DNA of 31,766 bases from an uncultured Oligoflexus sp. (GTDB taxonomy: Bacteria > Bdellovibrionota_B > Oligoflexia > Oligoflexales > Oligoflexaceae): the NCBI GenBank assembly GCA_964236955.1, contig CAXSGP010000053.1, forward strand, positions 1 through 31,766. The letters are read 5' to 3'. The position numbers and the translations under genes are program-made. The notes beneath the pieces are model-generated. The model searched no databases. It was not told where the DNA came from and worked only from the letters and a program-made list of their open reading frames with translations. This document shows, piece after piece, positions 26,916 to 31,766 of this stretch (position 1 is the stretch's first letter; each line of letters opens with the position of its first letter).

Positions 26916-27983
26916 TTATTCAATGACGCCCGAACCAAGACAAGTCTCGCCATCATAAATCACGGCGTACTGCCCCGGCGCTATCCCCCCATCGGCTTCG
27001 GCAAGGTGAATCAGCATGCGGCCTTCGGAAAGATCCTCGATGCGGCAAACCGTAGTCCGGACGCCGTGACGGATTTTAACAAAAAAATCGCGTCCGAAAT
27101 GAGTCGGCTTATCAAGCCAGTGCATTGTGCCAACTGTAAAACTAAGCCGAGGTCGGTCCAGCCTTGCTTCATTGCAGGACACGTAGACTGTATTCGTGGC
27201 AGGGTCTTTTTGCACGACAAACCAAGGCCCACCCGATAGCCCGAGACCTTTTCTCTGGCCGATGGTGTGAAACCAAAAACCATTGTGGGTGCCGAGTTGT
27301 TTTCCCGTTTCAAGCTGAACGATGGGACCCGTCTTCTCCCCCAGATGAGCTTTCACGAATTCACTGAACTTCAACTTACCTAGAAAACATATTCCCTGGC
27401 TGTCCGGTCTATTCTGTGTTGGAAGATCATAAAAGCAGGCAAGTTTTCTCACTTCGGGTTTTGGCAGATGCCCGATAGGAAACAGCGCGCGATCGATCTG
27501 TTTCTGGGAGAGCCGCGACAGAAAATAAGTTTGATCCTTTACCGGATCCACGCCCTTGTAGAGTCGCTTTCTCTTATTCGCAGCTTCGCCGGTAATTTCA
27601 ACGCGAGCGTAGTGTCCGGAAGCGATATGAGTAAAACTTTCATCGATCAGATCGGCAAAAGCCCCAAATTTAACGTTTTCGTTACAAAGAATGTCGGGGC
27701 TGGGGGTCCGTCCGAGCTTAAGCTCTGCCACAGTATGGGCTACAACACGATCCCAATAGGCTCGCTGCAAAGACACGATTTCCAGTGGGACAGCCAGCTT
27801 TTCGCAAACTCCCCTTGCATACGTCAAATCCTCTTCCCAGGGGCATTCCCCTAGGTACTGCAGGTCGTCTTCAAGCCAGATTTTAAGGTAAAAAGCTGTG
27901 ATGTTTTGGTGGCCTTGGCGTTGCAGTTCAGCCAAAGCAACTGAGCTGTCAACACCCCCTGAGAGGAGCATAGCGATTTTCAT
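26916..27983 (-). CDS. mnmA: tRNA-specific 2-thiouridylase
   Basis: LSGGVDSS, TPSPDILCN, SGHYAR, KDQTYFL, DSQGICF, TIGQRKGL, APGQ. Start placed at MKIAML. Confidence 0.96.
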   Translation of the reverse strand: MKIAMLLSGGVDSSVALAELQRQGHQNITAFYLKIWLEDDLQYLGECPWEEDLTYARGVCEKLAVPLEIVSLQRAYWDRVVAHTVAELKLGRTPSPDILCNENVKFGAFADLIDESFTHIASGHYARVEITGEAANKRKRLYKGVDPVKDQTYFLSRLSQKQIDRALFPIGHLPKPEVRKLACFYDLPTQNRPDSQGICFLGKLKFSEFVKAHLGEKTGPIVQLETGKQLGTHNGFWFHTIGQRKGLGLSGGPWFVVQKDPATNTVYVSCNEARLDRPRLSFTVGTMHWLDKPTHFGRDFFVKIRHGVRTTVCRIEDLSEGRMLIHLAEADGGIAPGQYAVIYDGETCLGSGVIE

Positions 27984-28298
27984 AGGTATAAACCCTTCCG
28001 TTGAAGGCGGTCGGTCGGTAGACACGGGGTTTATCTATCACGGGGACAACAAAGGGCAAAGTAATGTTTGTGGAACCTGGGCCTGACACTAAAAACATCA
28101 ATCTTCTTTGGGAGAAAGGCAGAGCCGGGCCAAACGCCCGTGCCTGCCTCTTGGATCAATGTTCTATCGACTGCCAAGCGCGTGTACTGCAAGGTAGATG
28201 ATCAAACGCAAGCCTGGCTTAAGTTTCCGTAAACTGGGACTTGCCGATGGAGACCGCCATCTTGTATGTTGGGAACTCTTAAGCGGGAGCGAAACGAT

Positions 28299-28709
28299 AT
28301 GGATATCGGCATTGAGGAACTTGACAACGAACGTGTGAAAGCAATCGTTGTAAATCACTATGAACACTCCGAAGCAGGCTTAAAGATCAAACTCAATGAC
28401 ATGGCGATCTACCTCCTTAACGAGGCGGATTTTGATATCAAGCCCGAAGATTTTCGTCCGGACTTGCATGAGCACGCGATTCCCAAGTTTGAAATGGCCA
28501 GAATATTTATCCTGGTCTGTGCCATGACTGGTGACGATCTTGGCTTTAAGCCTTCCGATCGCGCCAGCGATCCTGTGTATCCCATCTATGAGAGTGCCTA
28601 TCAGAAACTGGTTAAAAGTGAGCGGGACCGCAGCCTTTATCTCGGCATAGCCCGAGTCGGTCAAAAAAGCGGGTTTTTAAGCGCGGCCCAGCAAGCGGCC
28701 CCACATTGA
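28299..28709 (+). CDS. Hypothetical protein (136 aa)
   Basis: GGGAG RBS 9 nt before ATG 28299; globular-looking composition; no recognised motif. Confidence 0.7.
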   Translation: MDIGIEELDNERVKAIVVNHYEHSEAGLKIKLNDMAIYLLNEADFDIKPEDFRPDLHEHAIPKFEMARIFILVCAMTGDDLGFKPSDRASDPVYPIYESAYQKLVKSERDRSLYLGIARVGQKSGFLSAAQQAAPH

Positions 28710-28809
28710 ATCCGCTTGGGGGAAGCCTAAAAAACTGTTACAAGACGGGCGTGAATTCCCCTCTCTATGCCGTTTTTTTATTCCTGTCGCTCACGGAGGT
28801 CCCCAGTCG

Positions 28810-30393
28810 ATGAAAAATGCCTCGAAGCCTTTGGCCCTACTTTCTGTCACAGACAAATCTGGTATAAGCAATTTTGCTAGAGACTTGATTGCTCTCGGCT
28901 ACGAGATTTTATCGACCGGTGGAACTGCAAAACTCCTCGAGAACGAAAAGATCCCATGCACAGAAGTGGCCGCCTATACCGGCAGCCGGGAAATTTTGGA
29001 CGGCCGCGTTAAAACACTGCATCCCAAAATCCATGGCGGCATACTCTACGATCGCCAAAAGCAAAGCCATATCGATCAGATTCATGAAGATGCCATACGT
29101 CCCATCAACCTTGTCGTTGTCAATCTTTACGACTTCGAAAAAAAGGCTCTCGCCGAAGATCTCGAACTGGCAAAAGCCATAGAATTCATCGATATCGGCG
29201 GCCCCTGCATGCTGCGGGCGGCGGCCAAAAATTATCTTTCCTGCTCTCCTGTCATTGATCCCGATGATTATGGAGCCGTCGTGGAACAACTCCAAAGCGG
29301 TGCCGTCAGCATCCCCTTCCGCACGCAGCTGGCGGCGAAAGTTTTTCGTCATATATCGCGGTACGATGGATTGATCGCCTCGTACTTCGAGTCGAACATC
29401 AGCCCGAAGGAAGAACGTTTAAACGCGAATTTGAACCTTGATCTGGCCGTCGTCCAGTCACTCCGCTATGGGGAAAACCCCCATCAGAAGGCCAAGTTTT
29501 ATAAAAGCCCTCTGAGTGTCAAAGGTGGTCTTCAGGATGCGCGGATTCTTCAAGGCAAGGAATTGTCTTACAACAATCTTCTTGATATCGATGGCGCCGC
29601 GCAGCTTGTTGCGGATTTTCCTGAGTTCAAAGCGGTCGCCGTAATCAAGCACACCAATCCCTGTGGTGTGGCAATAGGTGCGCCGTCCGATGCCCTCCTG
29701 CCCATCTATCAACGCGCCCTCGCCGGCGATCCCAAATCGGCATTTGGTGGCATTGTGGCCTTCAATAGCGAAGTCGATGGGCCCACGGCAAAAGCCTTGG
29801 CGGAGATGTTTTTGGAATGCATCGTCGCACCAAAGTTTAGCGACGAAGCTAAAAAAGTTTTGGCAGCCAAGAAAAACCTACGGGTCCTGGAACTCCCTTA
29901 CCTTGCTGCCGGAGAACAGTTGAGCGCACAATTTGATATACGATCGGTGCTAGGTGGAGTTCTGGTTCAGGAGCACGATCAGGTCCGCCTCGATAAGGAC
30001 TCCTGGAAGCTTGCAAGCAAGAAGGTGCCCAGCACGCAGGAGGAGCTCGATATGATGTTTGCCCAGAGGGTTTGCAAGCACGTAAAATCAAATGCGATAG
30101 TTTACGCAAAAGACGGTCAGACGATAGCGGTTGGCGCCGGTCAGATGAGCCGGATTGATTCGGCTCAATTTGCAGCCCAAAAAGCCAAGGAACTCGGTCG
30201 CTCATTGGTAGGAGCGGTGATGGCCAGCGATGCATTCTTTCCTTTCCGTGACAGTGTGGACACAGCGGCTAAGATTGGTATAAGCAGCATTGTCCAGCCG
30301 GGCGGATCGATGCGTGATGATGAATCCATTGCGGCTGCGGATGAACATGGCATTGCTATGGTGTTTAGTCACATTCGTCATTTCAAGCACTAA
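28810..30393 (+). CDS. purH: Bifunctional AICAR transformylase/IMP cyclohydrolase
   Basis: ALLSVTDKSG, GRVKTLHP, IDIGGP, LRYGENPHQ, KHTNPCG, SDAFFPF, RHFKH. Confidence 0.97.
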   Translation: MKNASKPLALLSVTDKSGISNFARDLIALGYEILSTGGTAKLLENEKIPCTEVAAYTGSREILDGRVKTLHPKIHGGILYDRQKQSHIDQIHEDAIRPINLVVVNLYDFEKKALAEDLELAKAIEFIDIGGPCMLRAAAKNYLSCSPVIDPDDYGAVVEQLQSGAVSIPFRTQLAAKVFRHISRYDGLIASYFESNISPKEERLNANLNLDLAVVQSLRYGENPHQKAKFYKSPLSVKGGLQDARILQGKELSYNNLLDIDGAAQLVADFPEFKAVAVIKHTNPCGVAIGAPSDALLPIYQRALAGDPKSAFGGIVAFNSEVDGPTAKALAEMFLECIVAPKFSDEAKKVLAAKKNLRVLELPYLAAGEQLSAQFDIRSVLGGVLVQEHDQVRLDKDSWKLASKKVPSTQEELDMMFAQRVCKHVKSNAIVYAKDGQTIAVGAGQMSRIDSAQFAAQKAKELGRSLVGAVMASDAFFPFRDSVDTAAKIGISSIVQPGGSMRDDESIAAADEHGIAMVFSHIRHFKH

Positions 30394-30507
30394 ACCCGAA
30401 TCTTTCCGACCCTTTAAGTTAAGGATCCGAGAGACCTTTAAGTTTTTTGATTGCTGCGCTTTCGAGCCAGAGATTAGACTCACTCGAATGCTGATTGAGG
30501 AGTTATT

Positions 30508-30990
30508 ATGCCTACGCCACTTAAAGATACGAAGTCTGAAAAAACCGGGAACAAAACCGCAGTTGCAGAACAGCTGCACAAAGTTGTATGCAGCTCTTAT
30601 GTGCTCTTCGCCAAAACTCAAGGCTACCACTGGAATGTGGTTGGCCCCCAATTCTACTCTCTTCATAAAATGTTTGAGGAACAATATAACGATCTCTTTC
30701 TCGCGATCGACGACCTCGCCGAACGCGTTCGTGCGCTCCAGATGAAGGCACCTTTCAGCCTTCAGGAAATGCTCAAGACTGCGAGCATTCAAGAACTCCC
30801 TAAATTGCCCCATGCCGAAGATATGGTTAAGGATCTGATCGCGGGTCATGAATCCCTAGTCACTGATCTGAAAGCCGGCATCGATGCAGCGGAGAGTGCA
30901 GATGATGCTGCAACTGCCGATCTCTTGACGGGTCGACTTGAAGTGCATGGCAAGACGCTGTGGATGCTGCGGGCAACCTTGCAAAGCTGA
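30508..30990 (+). CDS. dps: Dps family DNA-protecting ferritin-like protein
   Basis: KTQGYHWNVVGPQFYSLHKMFEEQY, DDLAERVR, HGKTLWML; GAGGAG RBS. Confidence 0.95.
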   Translation: MPTPLKDTKSEKTGNKTAVAEQLHKVVCSSYVLFAKTQGYHWNVVGPQFYSLHKMFEEQYNDLFLAIDDLAERVRALQMKAPFSLQEMLKTASIQELPKLPHAEDMVKDLIAGHESLVTDLKAGIDAAESADDAATADLLTGRLEVHGKTLWMLRATLQS

Positions 30991-31019
30991 TTGCAATCCG
31001 TCTTAAGCAGGTTTATTAC

Positions 31020-31043
31020 AGGCGGGATTTTTTCCCGCCTTTT
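31020..31043 (+). terminator. Intrinsic terminator after dps
   Basis: AGGCGGGA-ttttt-TCCCGCCT followed by TTT. Confidence 0.8.
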
Positions 31044-31254
31044 CTATTTGCGCGAGGGGCCAAGGGCAACCTGTTAATTATGACATAGTCATTTTGCTAG
31101 ATCCTGGCAAAAGTACTGATCCTTTTACCCTAATTGAGTTTATAAGCGATTGAAATAACAGAATATAATGACCATGCTTCATTTCTTTCCAAGCCCGCCG
31201 AACGGTAGAGCTGTGTGTATGTCTTAGGACATTCTGAGCGAAAGGATCGGACCC

Positions 31255-31572
31255 ATGACTTTCCAATCTTTGGTAACTTTTACTTTTATATCGGTTGGCA
31301 TGTTGAGCGGACAAACTGCATTCGCACAATCCGAGGGAAAGGATATCGAAGCGATTCGAATTTTCCAGTATGGGGAAAGCTGCGGGCAACTCGCGCAGCT
31401 ATCGCGGGTGGAGCTGCTTGGGGTGACTCACCCGGCTTATGCCGAACAATTCTTTGATTTTTGTAAAACCGATGGTGTCTATCGCTGTGACGATTACAAC
31501 GCCTTGCTTGCTGGCGTAGGACAACTGGAAGACAACGGCCCAACAAACTGCCGCTATATTCCACGCCAATAA
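31255..31572 (+). CDS. Small secreted protein with four Cys
   Basis: Signal peptide ending AFA|Q; four Cys in the mature part; AAGGA upstream. Confidence 0.7.
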   Translation: MTFQSLVTFTFISVGMLSGQTAFAQSEGKDIEAIRIFQYGESCGQLAQLSRVELLGVTHPAYAEQFFDFCKTDGVYRCDDYNALLAGVGQLEDNGPTNCRYIPRQ

Positions 31573-31573
31573 T

Positions 31574-31697
31574 TAGTGTCTGTCCGGAAATGGGGATGGC
31601 AAGGCGCGAGGCAGAAAAAAAGTGGAGTATATTCCCCTTAGATGAGCATTTTTTCTGCCGATGAAACGCAGCCATCGCCTTTTCTGGACCGACACTA
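31574..31697. repeat. 124-bp palindromic MITE/ERIC/RPE-like element, copy 1
   Basis: TA-bounded; terminal inverted repeats TAGTGTCTGTCCGGAAATGGGGATGGC and GCCATCGCCTTTTCTGGACCGACACTA (23/27); inner GGCAGAAAAAA/TTTTTTCTGCC; GCAAGGCG and AACGCAG motifs. Confidence 0.8.
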
Positions 31698-31700
31698 GTC

Positions 31701-31766
31701 AGTGTCTGTCCGGAAATGGGGATGGCAAGGCGCGAGGCAGAAAAAAAGCGCAGTTTATTCCCCATA
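31701..31766. repeat. Second tandem copy of the palindromic element, truncated by the window end
   Basis: 31701-31748 is identical to 31575-31622 and then diverges in the central loop region. Confidence 0.8.

Noticed and set aside
28710..28809. ZMP/ZTP riboswitch upstream of purH
   Set aside because: No GACTGGCG...GGTGG...CCAC or CGCCTGGG signature is present.
533..30849. Numerous antisense and alternate-frame ORFs in the track (e.g. 16482-17162, 22338-22943, 30202-30849)
   Set aside because: They are shadows of well-supported genes, with no RBS or recognisable motifs.
31574..31766. CRISPR array
   Set aside because: The unit is a 124-bp self-complementary element, the inter-repeat sequences are homologous rather than unique spacers, and no cas genes are present.

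Overview
Bacterial chromosomal window. Gene content and style suggest Bdellovibrionota/Oligoflexia, which is an inference. Housekeeping genes (pta, lgt, pyrE, pyrF, mnmA, purH, dps) are interspersed with accessory loci. The strongest candidate for an undescribed system is a tightly coupled minus-strand operon (13105-18053). It encodes an OvoA-type 5-histidylcysteine sulfoxide synthase with a strongly diverged methyltransferase domain, a group II PLP amino-acid decarboxylase and a class V PLP enzyme (probable C-S lyase), behind a structured leader. This looks like an ovothiol-type pathway with an extra decarboxylation step. Second is an old tandem duplication of a cassette made of a conserved operator-like block with helically phased CACAA repeats, a TIGR02147/DUF4423-like HTH protein and a fast-diverging small secreted protein. 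Also present: an animal-type glutaminyl-cyclase-like M28 gene coupled to lgt, sigma28-like promoters before a c-di-GMP phosphodiesterase and a calpain-like lipoprotein, a LysR plus twin MBL-hydrolase cassette with a perfect operator palindrome, and a tandem ~124-bp palindromic MITE-like repeat at the right edge. No rRNA, tRNA, CRISPR array or transposase was seen. All family calls come from motif recognition by eye; no database search was run.
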